DNA of 64,000 bases. Origin: an uncultured Pseudomonadota bacterium (GTDB lineage Bacteria > Oederibacteriota > Muellerivitia > Muellerivitales > Muellerivitaceae). The translations under genes and the position numbers were made by a program. The first letter of the stretch is position 1. The number at the start of each line of letters is the position of its first letter. A model generated the notes under the pieces. It had not been told where the DNA came from and made no database searches. It saw only the letters and a list, made by a program, of their open reading frames with translations. The DNA is taken from assembly GCA_963843375.1 (NCBI GenBank), contig CAWJKT010000001.1, positions 160,001 to 224,000 on the forward strand, in the 5' to 3' direction. Below, in pieces: positions 11,065 through 21,196 of this stretch.

Positions 11065-13342
11065 GACGGGTTGCGAAAAGAAGACCAGTCAGCGTGACTA
11101 CAAGCCAAATCCCCAATCCAAATTGGATGGGAAGCCACCAGGGCGGCTCGAAATGGAAATCCACTTGGTGTTTCCCGGCGGGAGCATAAACCGCCCTCAA
11201 AAAATGGTCGGCGGTGTAAATCGGGACGGATTGCCCATCGATGAAGGCTTTCCAACCGGGGTACATCACCTCACAAAATACCACCAGGTTGGAGCGGTCC
11301 AGGGTAAGAAAAAAAGACTGGGAATCGATTCCGTCCTTTTCCAGGCGGCATTCAAGCCCGGCCGGCTTGCCGTTTTCCAAAGCATTCGTCCACTGGCTGG
11401 GAAAAGGTTCCGAAAGAACTCCCAATTGGGCCGCGTCAAAGTCGGGATTTTTTAACAGGGTCAAGCGGCGATTAGGATCGGTTTCCGCCACTAATTTTTG
11501 CGGGGCATAGGCGTAGGGTAAGGGTTTTTGATATTCGTAAATGAAATAAGGGGCAAAGGATTCCAGCTTGAAATCGGGTATGGCTCCATTGGCTACACCG
11601 GTTATGATCCCCCGGATCGCGCCCAATTGAACCAAGGGCTGCAGAGGGAGGATGCCGATGTCCTTTTTGGTTTGGAGCATGAGTGGATTGTAACCCCCGA
11701 AATTCTTGATCCTGAGGGCACAGGCATCGTTTTGCGGATAATTCAGGATGTACTTTCGTCCGCCTACTTCAATGGGGTAACCCATAGTGGAATTATAGAA
11801 AATGAGGCGATAGGGATCCAAAGATCGGGTTCCCTCCAACAGGCCTTTTGAATTTTTGGCGAAATCGAAATTAGAAGCAGGCGAGGGCTTGAAGTCATCC
11901 AATCCACTCAAGAACAAGGGGAAGATCACGGCACTCCCCCACACAAGGGATGAAAGTAGTTTCATTTTGGGATTCGTATATGCCGGAATGAAGAGGGCAA
12001 CAGTCCCAAGGGTAAGGCCCAGGATTTCTCTCCAATCCATGGAAGGCCTCAAAAGGGCCACCAAGTACAACAAAAGGGAATAGATCAACGGAATTTTCAG
12101 GCGTTGAAGTATTTCAGCTTTTGGCGGATTCTCGGAAAGTTGTTGTTCAAAACCAAAAGCTGCCAAGGCCGAAGCGGAAAGGACGTAAAGGAAGAGGAAA
12201 CGATAAGGAACCCGGATAATCGAAAGACCGGGCAGGAAAGAGCAAAGGACCCGGTGAAGGGGCGTGTAACGGCCGAAACACAGGAAAAGCGAAAACAAGG
12301 CGAAACCTCCCAAATACCTCACAAGCTTCTTTTCCGGGTGCCAGAAGGCCAAAAAGATAAAGAAGGGAATCCAGATACCCAAGTATCCCAAGTTCGCGGC
12401 CAAATGAGTCTCCTCGTTCGTATTGCCAAACTGGATGGCCTCGGCCATTTCCTTGCCTTCTGGAACGGTGAGACGCGGGAGAAAAAACTGGTAAAGGGTG
12501 AAGGGGTTCAGCGGAAGACGGCTATTGGATTGCTCGTAAGTTTGGCCTGGCGCGCCGCGGTCGGTAAGTTTTGAAAATTCAAAACTCGGAATCAACTGCC
12601 CCACGAGGGGCAAAGCGCCCCAAAGAAGAAAGAATCCCAAAATTAAGAGGGATTTAATTGATAATCGAGCCGCGTCCTTCATTCTCCCGTTCGAGAGTAA
12701 ACGAAAAATAAAATACGCCAGACCAGCGTAAAGGGCTCCCACGGTCACCTGAAAACTGCCGCAAAGAAAAAGCATCGCAAAGGCCAAGCCGCTGAAAAAG
12801 GCGGTTCGAGGCTTGGGGGTTCGGGCTAATAATTCAAGCCGCCAAAATAACCAGGGAAGCCAGGCGAAAGCCGCCAGGACCGGCGGATGGATCAATTCCA
12901 GCCAAAAAAAACCTGAGAAGGCAAACAAAAGGGCGCCGATACGACAGGGTTTTTCGGAAAGACCCATGGATCTAAGCCATAAGTGCATGCCAAATGCGGC
13001 CCAGAGCAAATGAATGAAAAAGAAGAGGCTCAGGCCCATGGGTATGGGAAAAGGGAGGGTCAAGTAATTAAAGGGATATAGCATCATGTTTTGCAGGTCG
13101 GCAAAGAAGGGTTGTCCGCCCAGGGAATAGGGATTCCAGAGGGGGAAATGGCCCTGGGTCAATTGGTCCCGTAAAAAGGCCCTCCAAGGCCCAAATTGAG
13201 CTAAAAGATCGTTGTCGAAATAGGCTTGCCCTTGAAAGAGGCATGGGTAAAAGGCCAAAACCGAAAACAGGAGATAAAGAAAAAAATTTCTTTTGGAAAA
13301 AAAAAGATCCTCTTTATTGTCTTGGCTGAAGTGTTTAAGCAT
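11039..13342 (-). CDS. YfhO-family (GT-C type) membrane protein
   Basis: YFDNDL, PLWNPYSLGGQPFFAD, RVPYRF, YPGWKAFIDG; ATG 13342 overlaps upstream stop. Confidence 0.85.
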   Translation of the reverse strand: MLKHFSQDNKEDLFFSKRNFFLYLLFSVLAFYPCLFQGQAYFDNDLLAQFGPWRAFLRDQLTQGHFPLWNPYSLGGQPFFADLQNMMLYPFNYLTLPFPIPMGLSLFFFIHLLWAAFGMHLWLRSMGLSEKPCRIGALLFAFSGFFWLELIHPPVLAAFAWLPWLFWRLELLARTPKPRTAFFSGLAFAMLFLCGSFQVTVGALYAGLAYFIFRLLSNGRMKDAARLSIKSLLILGFFLLWGALPLVGQLIPSFEFSKLTDRGAPGQTYEQSNSRLPLNPFTLYQFFLPRLTVPEGKEMAEAIQFGNTNEETHLAANLGYLGIWIPFFIFLAFWHPEKKLVRYLGGFALFSLFLCFGRYTPLHRVLCSFLPGLSIIRVPYRFLFLYVLSASALAAFGFEQQLSENPPKAEILQRLKIPLIYSLLLYLVALLRPSMDWREILGLTLGTVALFIPAYTNPKMKLLSSLVWGSAVIFPLFLSGLDDFKPSPASNFDFAKNSKGLLEGTRSLDPYRLIFYNSTMGYPIEVGGRKYILNYPQNDACALRIKNFGGYNPLMLQTKKDIGILPLQPLVQLGAIRGIITGVANGAIPDFKLESFAPYFIYEYQKPLPYAYAPQKLVAETDPNRRLTLLKNPDFDAAQLGVLSEPFPSQWTNALENGKPAGLECRLEKDGIDSQSFFLTLDRSNLVVFCEVMYPGWKAFIDGQSVPIYTADHFLRAVYAPAGKHQVDFHFEPPWWLPIQFGLGIWLVVTLTGLLFATRLGKGTHLA

Positions 13343-15638
13343 TTGGGGCGGGTTTGGCCGGATTGGCCTTGGATCGCCATGAATAAAAAGCGTAACCCAG
13401 CGCTGAGACCACCCAGAGGATAAAACCGATGAGGAGGGGTTGGGCCCAGGCGGGTTCATATCGAAATTCGGCTAAGTGCTCTCCGGCCGGAATGAATAAT
13501 GTGCGAAAGGTTGAATTGCCCGTGAAAATTTCAGAAGGTGTCCCATCCACTTGCGCTTTCCAGCCCGGAAACATGACTTCCGAAAAAACCACCCAACTAT
13601 CACGATCCAGCCGGATACGGAACGATTCATCGTTCATGTCATCTTTCACCCAGTCATATTGGAGGGTGGCTTTTTGACCCGTTAGTCGGGCCGTAATGGC
13701 GGGAGGAGGCGGTTCGGAAAAAAACACCTGGTTCATCGGATCAAAATCCGGGCTTTTCATTTCTCCTATCATAGCCTGATCATCTGGAATGACCTTCCAT
13801 AGGTAAGGGGCTGTGATAAAATCCGCAGGGTTCTCCACGCCGTAATAATGAACCTCTCCCATGGTTTGGTGATTGAAGCCCTTCATCTCACCCGCATCCC
13901 GGCCTAGTAGAAAACCTTTAATCGCCATCAGCCTTATAAAGTTTTGTAGGGGAAGGGATTTGATGGCCATGGGCTTGAGGAGATAGATTGGGTTGTAACC
14001 AGCGCTATCCCGGATTCCGAATTCCATGGGGGCGTCCTGGGGAAAAGTCCAAAGGTAATGGGCGTTTCCCATTTGGACTGGATAGCGCAGGCTTTGGTCA
14101 AAATAGAATCGCCCTCCCTTTGAATTTTCCTTGAGATAGGTGAAGGCGGGGAAGTTTTCCTCATAATTAAAATTGGAAGCCGGCCCCCAGCTGAAATCGG
14201 ACCATCCGGAGAGAAAAAGCGGGACGAACAAAGCGGTCCAAAAAATCCATTTACCCAACTTTTTCCAGGATTCGGTCAGTCCCCAAAGGGCTAATCCTGA
14301 AGCGCCAAGGACCAAGGCAAGTAATTCCCTCGCAGTGGCCGTTGCCTGGAAACATCCAATAATCAAAAGGGCGAAAGCGTAAATCGCGCCACCAATGACC
14401 CAGGGACGAGTCCGATTTTTTTCCTCGGCGGCCTTTTCAAAGGATTGGTAGCCATAGGCCGCCAAGACGCAGGCGAACCCCACGTAACTGGCCAGTATCC
14501 GGAAAGGGACGCGGCTTAGATTAATGGTCGGTAGAACAACACATAAGAGTTTATGGAGGGGGAAATAACGTCCCCAGGCAGTGAGTACGCAAAGAAGGCA
14601 AAAGATAACCGAGAAATAAAAAAGTTTTTTTTCCTTGCGATAGAAAGCGAGGAAAGCCAGGAAAGGAAACCAAATTCCGACGTAGCCGTATATTCCGTAA
14701 TAGGCATTGTCGATATTTTTGGGGTCGGTTATTTGCTGGACATCCATCTCGATGGTATCGCCCGGTGGGACACCCAAAGTCGGGAAAAGAAACTCGTAGG
14801 TGCTCCCGGGGCGCATGGAGAACTGGGCGTTGAAATTCTCATAGGTTTGGTTCGAACTTTCCCGGTTGGAATATTTTGAAAATTCATAAGCGGGAATCAA
14901 ATGGATAAAGAGGAAAAGACTGCCCCATAGGCCAAAAACCAGGATGAGGGCCGCTCTTCCCCAGGTGAGAGGCTGTGGAGGGGGTGAAGAACTTTCAGGC
15001 GGGGCCGGGGTGAAGAAGCGGAAAATAAAATAAAAAATTCCCGTGTAGAGGAAATAACTGGTCATTTGGAAGTTCCCGCAGACAAAAATCAAGGCGAAGA
15101 ACAGGCCGGCAATGAAAGCCCGCCGCGGGGACCGTTCCCGCACTAAGTTCTCAAGCCCCCCCATCCACCAAGGAAACCAGGCGAAGGTCGCCAAGATAGG
15201 CGGGTGGATAACCTCCCACCAGAAAAAGCCTGAGAGGCAAAAAAGAAGCGCCCCCACACGGGAAGCATTTTCGGATAGCCGCAGGGATCTCAACCAGCCA
15301 TGCATTCCCCAGGCTGCCAGGAACATATGCAGAAAAAAGAAAACACTCAAGCCGTAAGGGATGGGGAAAAGTAAAGTGGGGTAAATCAAAGGATATCCCA
15401 TCATCACGTTAGGATCGGCGAAAAAGGGCTGGCCCCCAAAAAAATAGGGGTTCCAAAGGGGGAAGTGGCCCGCAGCCAGCTGGCTTTTCAACAGGGCCCG
15501 GAAATGACTGTATTGGTTAATCAGGTCATTGGCGAAATAGGATTTACCCAGGATAAGGCAGTGAAAGAAGGCGACAAAAGAAACGGCCAGGTAAAGGCCC
15601 AGGGACCAAGCTGTTTTCCGGCCGGGAGTTGATTCCAT
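13335..15638 (-). CDS. YfhO-family (GT-C type) membrane protein
   Basis: YFANDL, PLWNPYFFGGQPFFAD, RVPFR, FPGWKAQVDG; TGATG coupling at 15638. Confidence 0.85.
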   Translation of the reverse strand: MESTPGRKTAWSLGLYLAVSFVAFFHCLILGKSYFANDLINQYSHFRALLKSQLAAGHFPLWNPYFFGGQPFFADPNVMMGYPLIYPTLLFPIPYGLSVFFFLHMFLAAWGMHGWLRSLRLSENASRVGALLFCLSGFFWWEVIHPPILATFAWFPWWMGGLENLVRERSPRRAFIAGLFFALIFVCGNFQMTSYFLYTGIFYFIFRFFTPAPPESSSPPPQPLTWGRAALILVFGLWGSLFLFIHLIPAYEFSKYSNRESSNQTYENFNAQFSMRPGSTYEFLFPTLGVPPGDTIEMDVQQITDPKNIDNAYYGIYGYVGIWFPFLAFLAFYRKEKKLFYFSVIFCLLCVLTAWGRYFPLHKLLCVVLPTINLSRVPFRILASYVGFACVLAAYGYQSFEKAAEEKNRTRPWVIGGAIYAFALLIIGCFQATATARELLALVLGASGLALWGLTESWKKLGKWIFWTALFVPLFLSGWSDFSWGPASNFNYEENFPAFTYLKENSKGGRFYFDQSLRYPVQMGNAHYLWTFPQDAPMEFGIRDSAGYNPIYLLKPMAIKSLPLQNFIRLMAIKGFLLGRDAGEMKGFNHQTMGEVHYYGVENPADFITAPYLWKVIPDDQAMIGEMKSPDFDPMNQVFFSEPPPPAITARLTGQKATLQYDWVKDDMNDESFRIRLDRDSWVVFSEVMFPGWKAQVDGTPSEIFTGNSTFRTLFIPAGEHLAEFRYEPAWAQPLLIGFILWVVSALGYAFYSWRSKANPAKPAPNA

Positions 15639-17923
15639 CAAAGGGATCCGCCTTTCGGAGTTTTTTGCCTCGCCCAAAAAAAGCCGTAGACTAAAAGGGA
15701 TAAGAGCCACAATCTCGCACCCGCAATGATAGGTTTAAACCAAACGGGTTGGTAGCGAAATTCCACTACGTGTTCCCCTGCCGGCATCCAAAGGGACCGG
15801 AGGGCATGATCGGCGGTCAAAAGGGCGGCCGGTTGGCCGTCGATCCAGGCTTTCCAGCCCGGGAAAAAGATTTCGGAAAAAACCATCAGGTTTTTTCGAT
15901 TGAGTTGGATTTTATAAGACTGATCATCGGGATCGTCCCGAAGAATCGAAAAGCGCAAGGTGGCCGGGGAGCCGGGCGGCGATGGGATGAAGCCATCTGG
16001 AATGGGCCCGGTCAAAAGCGTCGACTGGAAAGGATCGAAATCGGGTTGCTTGAGTCCCGCCAGATCTTCTTCCTGGTTCTGGACAAACCGGATTTGGGAC
16101 GGGACGAAGAGGTAAGGCGGCGGTGTTTTTGATTCATAAAGGTCGCAGTTGCTGAAAGGGATATGCAGGTATCCTTCGGGGGCGGCGACTTCATGGCCGA
16201 ACAACAAACCCTTGACGGCCATTAATTTAAAAAATGTTTTTATCGGAACTTCCCGCAGGTCCGCGGCTTTTTGAAGATAAATTCCGTCGTAACCGCCCGA
16301 AGACCGAGTGCCCAAGGCCATCACGGCGTCTTCCGGAAAGAAACAACGAAATGAAGAAGTTAGGGATCGAGCGGGGTAGGAAAGGCTGGGGTCAAAATAA
16401 TAACGGCCCAAAACGTTATTTTGTCTCAAAAGGGAAAAAGCTGGAAAGTTCTTTTCCAGGTCAAAGTTGGAAGCGGGGCCCAAGCTGTAGGAAGACCAGC
16501 CTGCGGCAAAGAGAGACACCAAAACGGAGGCTAGGAAGGAAACCCTGCCCATTTTTTTCCACTGGTGGTTTTGGGCCCAGAGTAAAAGGCCCCCCATGCC
16601 CAGAACCAAAGGGAGTATTTCAGCCCAAGCTTGCCGAGGATTCCTCATGGCAACCATCAACAGGACCAGTGAATAAATTCCGGCGGCTGGGACAATAAAC
16701 CGGTCTTGTTTTTCTCCATTCAACCTTTTTTCGAGTGTATCAAACCCCAAAGCACCCAGAGCGCAGGCGGAAATCACGTAAATGGCCAGAAACCGGTAAG
16801 GCGCCCGGCTTAAAGCTATGCCCGGCATGAAGAGACATTCAAGACGGTGAAGGGGTAAATAGCGGCCACAAGCGCTCAAGAGTCCGCTTAGGGACAGGCT
16901 TCCGAGGAAATAAAACCATTTTTTTTCCCGGCTATGGAAATAGGCCAGGCCCATCAAGAACGGCGCCCAAATTCCGATATAGCCTAAGGCCCCGAAAAAG
17001 TTGTTCTCCTGATCCATCTTGTCGTCAAAACTTTGAATCGCAATCTCAAGGGCGGTGTCTTGCGGAACATTCAGGGATGGGAAGAAAAATTGTAATATCG
17101 AAAGGGGCTTCATTGAAGCTGCGGCGTTTAGATGATCGTAGGTAAGCGAACCTTGTCCACGGTTGGAGGCCCGGAAATATTCGAGGGTTGGAATGAAATG
17201 GACCAAAAGGGGAAGACTTCCCCAGGCGGCGAAAAGGAAGAGGAAAAGGGTTCTTCCCCAGCCCCGGTTCCTTTCCGGTCCCTCCATGCCACCGCGATAA
17301 ATGAAGTAACGAAACAGGAAATAGGCCGTCCCGGCGTAAAAAACGTAGGTCGCCATCTGGAAATGGCCGCAACAAAAAATCGAGGCGAAACAAAGTCCCG
17401 TCAGGAAAGCCCACTTCGGTTGAAAGGATTCCAGCCACTTTTCCAGACAAAGGAGGAACCAGGGCATCCAGGAAAAGACCGCCAGGATATTGGGATGGAT
17501 CAGTTCCCACCAAAAAAATCCCGAGAGGGCGAAGGATAGGGCACCAACCCGACAAGCGATCCCTCCCCGGCCGATTTTTTCCAGCCAAAGATGCATGCCC
17601 AATCCGGCCCAAGCCATATGCAGAAAGAAAAACAAGGAAAGGCCAACGGGGATGGAAAAGGGGAGGGTCAGGTAGGTCAGCGGATAACACATCATCGCGT
17701 TGGGATCGGCGAAGAAAGGTTGACCACCGATGATATAGGGGTTCCAAAGGGGGAAATGGCCCTGCGACAACTGGTTCTTGAGGAAGGCTCTAAAAGGACC
17801 GTAGGCGCTCATCAAATCATTGTCGAAATAGGCGTAATCCAGGACAAGGCAGGGGAAAAAAGCCAAGAATGAGATAAAGGAATAAAAACCCAAAGAGCCA
17901 AGGAGTTTTGAGGGGGCAGCCAT
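15638..17923 (-). CDS. YfhO-family (GT-C type) membrane protein
   Basis: YFDNDL, PLWNPYIIGGQPFFAD, RAPYRF, FPGWKAWIDG; TAATG coupling at 17923. Confidence 0.85.
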   Translation of the reverse strand: MAAPSKLLGSLGFYSFISFLAFFPCLVLDYAYFDNDLMSAYGPFRAFLKNQLSQGHFPLWNPYIIGGQPFFADPNAMMCYPLTYLTLPFSIPVGLSLFFFLHMAWAGLGMHLWLEKIGRGGIACRVGALSFALSGFFWWELIHPNILAVFSWMPWFLLCLEKWLESFQPKWAFLTGLCFASIFCCGHFQMATYVFYAGTAYFLFRYFIYRGGMEGPERNRGWGRTLFLFLFAAWGSLPLLVHFIPTLEYFRASNRGQGSLTYDHLNAAASMKPLSILQFFFPSLNVPQDTALEIAIQSFDDKMDQENNFFGALGYIGIWAPFLMGLAYFHSREKKWFYFLGSLSLSGLLSACGRYLPLHRLECLFMPGIALSRAPYRFLAIYVISACALGALGFDTLEKRLNGEKQDRFIVPAAGIYSLVLLMVAMRNPRQAWAEILPLVLGMGGLLLWAQNHQWKKMGRVSFLASVLVSLFAAGWSSYSLGPASNFDLEKNFPAFSLLRQNNVLGRYYFDPSLSYPARSLTSSFRCFFPEDAVMALGTRSSGGYDGIYLQKAADLREVPIKTFFKLMAVKGLLFGHEVAAPEGYLHIPFSNCDLYESKTPPPYLFVPSQIRFVQNQEEDLAGLKQPDFDPFQSTLLTGPIPDGFIPSPPGSPATLRFSILRDDPDDQSYKIQLNRKNLMVFSEIFFPGWKAWIDGQPAALLTADHALRSLWMPAGEHVVEFRYQPVWFKPIIAGARLWLLSLLVYGFFWARQKTPKGGSL

Positions 17924-18969
17924 TAACGGTGAGTCTTCCCCCGCTTCTTGGGTTTGACGGGGGACAAGCGGTAACGGCTTCCTTGGGGTATGACTTTAAA
18001 AATGTGGACCGGGTCATTGGAGGGTTTGGGCAGGGAGGTTACGAGACCGGTAAAAAGGCCGATGCCGTAGGAAAATTGCCGGAAAAAAATCAACAGCGGT
18101 ACACCCAGGAAATCCAATGGTCGGCGAAACCAGGAAACTACGGAAATACCTGTGCCAACCGACAGGGCGATGAAAAGGTAAAGAGGTAGGTGCCAAGGGG
18201 TGGAATCGATCCATCCGGCCCAGGCATGGGTTACGGGCGGGAAAAACATGGGCAGGAAAAGCGAAAGAACATAGAGAACGAAACCAAAAGGCACCATGTG
18301 GACCAGGTCGGAAAGGCAGGGGTATACCTTCATTTGGCGGGCCCGGCCCCGGCCGTACCGGAAGGCCTGCCAGCAGAAATCCCGGATGTTTTTCCGCCGG
18401 GGCCGGTAAACAGCGGCGGCGGGGTCGTAAATCAACTGGTAGCCGGAATGCAGGAGGCGATTCAAGAACTCATTTTCCTCGTTCGGATAGAGGTTGGGGC
18501 GGAATCCCCTAACTTCCCGGAAGATCTCCCGGCGCACCATCATGTTGCAGAGGATCAGGTCTTTCTCGGTGGCTTCCTTGACGGATCCGATGGAAGCGTA
18601 ACGGTTTCGTACCTTAAAGCTTCCCATCCAGGAAGCCAGCACAGCGCTGACGGTCTGCTCAAAATTCGTGGCATCGGGATAGGGCAAATTGGGTCCTCCC
18701 GCGGCGGCGGTCCGTTCTCCCCCGAATTGGAGGGCCAAACGGTAAACGGTACCGGGAATCACGGAGCTGTCCTCGTCCAGGAAATAAACCAGGGGGCTTG
18801 TGCAAAGTTCCAGCCCCAGATTGCGCTGAAGGGAAGGGTTCTTCCCCACACAAACGAAAATTTCCCGTGGTTTCTCATGGGCGGGCAATTTTAAAAGGGC
18901 GTCTACCGACTTGATGGTTTTTTCGGGCCGATCGATGGGGATAACGACGCTGTAATTAGGACGGTTCAT
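17923..18969 (-). CDS. GT2-family glycosyltransferase with C-terminal TM helices
   Basis: YSVVIP, RNLG, FLDED, NEENE, Q.FRYGRGR. Confidence 0.85.
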   Translation of the reverse strand: MNRPNYSVVIPIDRPEKTIKSVDALLKLPAHEKPREIFVCVGKNPSLQRNLGLELCTSPLVYFLDEDSSVIPGTVYRLALQFGGERTAAAGGPNLPYPDATNFEQTVSAVLASWMGSFKVRNRYASIGSVKEATEKDLILCNMMVRREIFREVRGFRPNLYPNEENEFLNRLLHSGYQLIYDPAAAVYRPRRKNIRDFCWQAFRYGRGRARQMKVYPCLSDLVHMVPFGFVLYVLSLFLPMFFPPVTHAWAGWIDSTPWHLPLYLFIALSVGTGISVVSWFRRPLDFLGVPLLIFFRQFSYGIGLFTGLVTSLPKPSNDPVHIFKVIPQGSRYRLSPVKPKKRGKTHR

Positions 18970-19931
18970 GGGACCGGGACTCTTGGGGAAGCATTTGGGC
19001 GGCAGCGGGGATGCCCAGCAGGGCGGTAAAAACCGGACCGCCGACGGCCATCAATATGGAGAAGACCACCAAGTCCTCGTGGCGAAGGTTGTTAGTAGTG
19101 AAGAGCATGAATAAGGCTGTCTCCCTTGGTCCGAATCCTAAAATGGAAATCGGCAGTAATTCTACCACGACCATCAAGGGGGCCAATAAAACGAATTTCA
19201 GGTAAGACAAAGGCAGGCCCAGGGCCATAGCCAGCAAATAAGACCGGACAATGGCCGTTTCCCAAGCCAGAAAAGACAGGACGAAGGGGCCGAAAATTTT
19301 AAACGAGGGGATCAGTAACATATGAAGGCTCTCATAAAATTCCTTGCCGTGGTGGGAAAGCTGACCCTCCAGTTTTTTCGACAAAAGGCCAGGCCACGAG
19401 CGGTTTCAATAAGAATTTCATCCAACGGGGGTTGACGAGAGCCAGGATCAGGAGCATCCCGCTCAGCATTCCAATGAAGGTGCCGAAGGCCGGGCCTCCT
19501 TGGGCAAATTCGGAGATGTAGGAAACCAGCGCGATGACGGCCAAAAGAACGATGGAAGCAAGGTCATAGATCCTATCCGCCGCATGTACCCCCAATGCGG
19601 TGGGCATGGGTATTTTGCCAAAACGGTTCAAAAGAACGATGCGGGACACATCCCCCAGTTTACCGGGGGTAACCGCTGCCAGGGGCTGGCCGGAGAGAAA
19701 GGCCAATATGGAATGTTTCACCGAAATGTGCGATTTGGCTTTGGCCACGAAGGACCGCAGCCGCAGAGACTTGAATAAAATTTCAGGCATCCCGACCAGG
19801 ATGGCCAGGAAAAAGAGGCCGAGGTTTAGTTGCTTGAGCCGGTCCCAGGAGGCTTGCAGGTTTAAGGTCGAAACAAGATAAGCGAAAAGAGCGAGGCCGA
19901 TGAGGAAGGCGAAGGGTCTAAGACGGCTCAT
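18956..19931 (-). CDS. UPF0104 / lysylphosphatidylglycerol synthase TM-domain (flippase-like) protein, frameshift near 19390
   Basis: VTPGKLGDVSR, ADRIYD, LPISILGFGPRE across ORFs 19332..19982 and 18956..19384; ATGA overlap at 19931. Confidence 0.8.
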
Positions 19932-21013
19932 GGAGAAGATAGTTTCCTTTCCAGTGGTTCCACACAGCTTGTCCAGTCCCATCTTTTTACCAGCAAAGCA
20001 ACCCCTTGGGGGGATTTTTTGGCTTTCAGCGCCTTCAATATCTCTTTCGCGAAGGCGGCCGGGTTGGGCTCGGAAAGGTAAAGACTCTTTTTCAATTGGG
20101 CCGCCTCACCAACATTCGTCGCCACCACTTTTAAACCGCAAGCGAGGGCTTCTCGTAATTTCATCGAGGACCTTTGACGGTTCACGAGGCTGTCGCGGTA
20201 ATAAACCAGCGCGGCATCCGCCAAGCCCAAACAGGCCGCGACCTGGTAGGGCGTCAGCATGCCGGTAAAGTGAACCGATTCAGAAATGCCCAAATGCTCT
20301 GCGATTTTTTTAAAGTGAGCTTCATCGGGGCCGCCCCCGGCCACCAAGAGACGGGCCTTGGGGAGGGAAACCAAAACCGATTTAAAGGACTCCAGAACCG
20401 GTTCCAAGTCGCAAGCGACATTGAGATGGGCGGTGAAAATCAGAAGTGGGTTTTTCACTTTAGGAAGATCCATGACGGTTTGGGGAAGTTGGGATGGGTC
20501 GGGGCGGCCAGGCTTGAAGAGGCTTGTATCGACGCCCTGAAGAAGTTGAACTTGCCTGGAAAAAGGCACCCTAAAAACTCGCGAGAGGGGTTCCTTTAGC
20601 CGGGGGTTATGGTAGGTGGCCCAATCGGCCCAGGCGGGCCAAGGTTTTTGGAGCCACTGGTGGAAATTCCGGAAAAGCCCGTGGCTGTATTCGTAATCCA
20701 GATCATCCACGTCAATTACCACTTTGGCGCCTTTGAGACGTTGCAGCCAGAGGGCCGGGACCGCCATGGGATAGGGTTTGATCACTAGGGCGGCGTCAAA
20801 ACGAGAGAACAGGGATAAGAGGAAGTAATAAGGCATTGAAAGAACCATGTCGAACCAAAGGGGGAGGGAAGGAATGGGTTTGACGTAAACCGCCTGGTGG
20901 CCACGCTTTAGGAAGGCTTCGGCGATATAAAAGGCCCGCAGGGCGCATCCCGTACCTCCGCCTTTGGCGGAGAAAACCAGGATTTTAAGGGGTTTGGTGA
21001 CTGGGAGTTTCAT
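19928..21013 (-). CDS. GT4-family glycosyltransferase
   Basis: GVDTSLF, LVAGGGP, VHFTG, MKLREALACGLKVVATNVG. Confidence 0.88.
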   Translation of the reverse strand: MKLPVTKPLKILVFSAKGGGTGCALRAFYIAEAFLKRGHQAVYVKPIPSLPLWFDMVLSMPYYFLLSLFSRFDAALVIKPYPMAVPALWLQRLKGAKVVIDVDDLDYEYSHGLFRNFHQWLQKPWPAWADWATYHNPRLKEPLSRVFRVPFSRQVQLLQGVDTSLFKPGRPDPSQLPQTVMDLPKVKNPLLIFTAHLNVACDLEPVLESFKSVLVSLPKARLLVAGGGPDEAHFKKIAEHLGISESVHFTGMLTPYQVAACLGLADAALVYYRDSLVNRQRSSMKLREALACGLKVVATNVGEAAQLKKSLYLSEPNPAAFAKEILKALKAKKSPQGVALLVKRWDWTSCVEPLERKLSSP

Positions 21014-21196
21014 AGTTAGGGAAAGATTGTAAGGTTCGAAAGAGGACGGGGCCACCTTGAAATTTTGCGGGAAAGGCTGGTTTTATTAACTTTTTATGTC
21101 ATCCGGGAAGATTTTTGGGGGTTGAGCCGGATATCGAAGCCCTGAGGGAAATGCATCTCGACTGGTGGAATGGTAACCGTTAAGATTTGGTTCGGC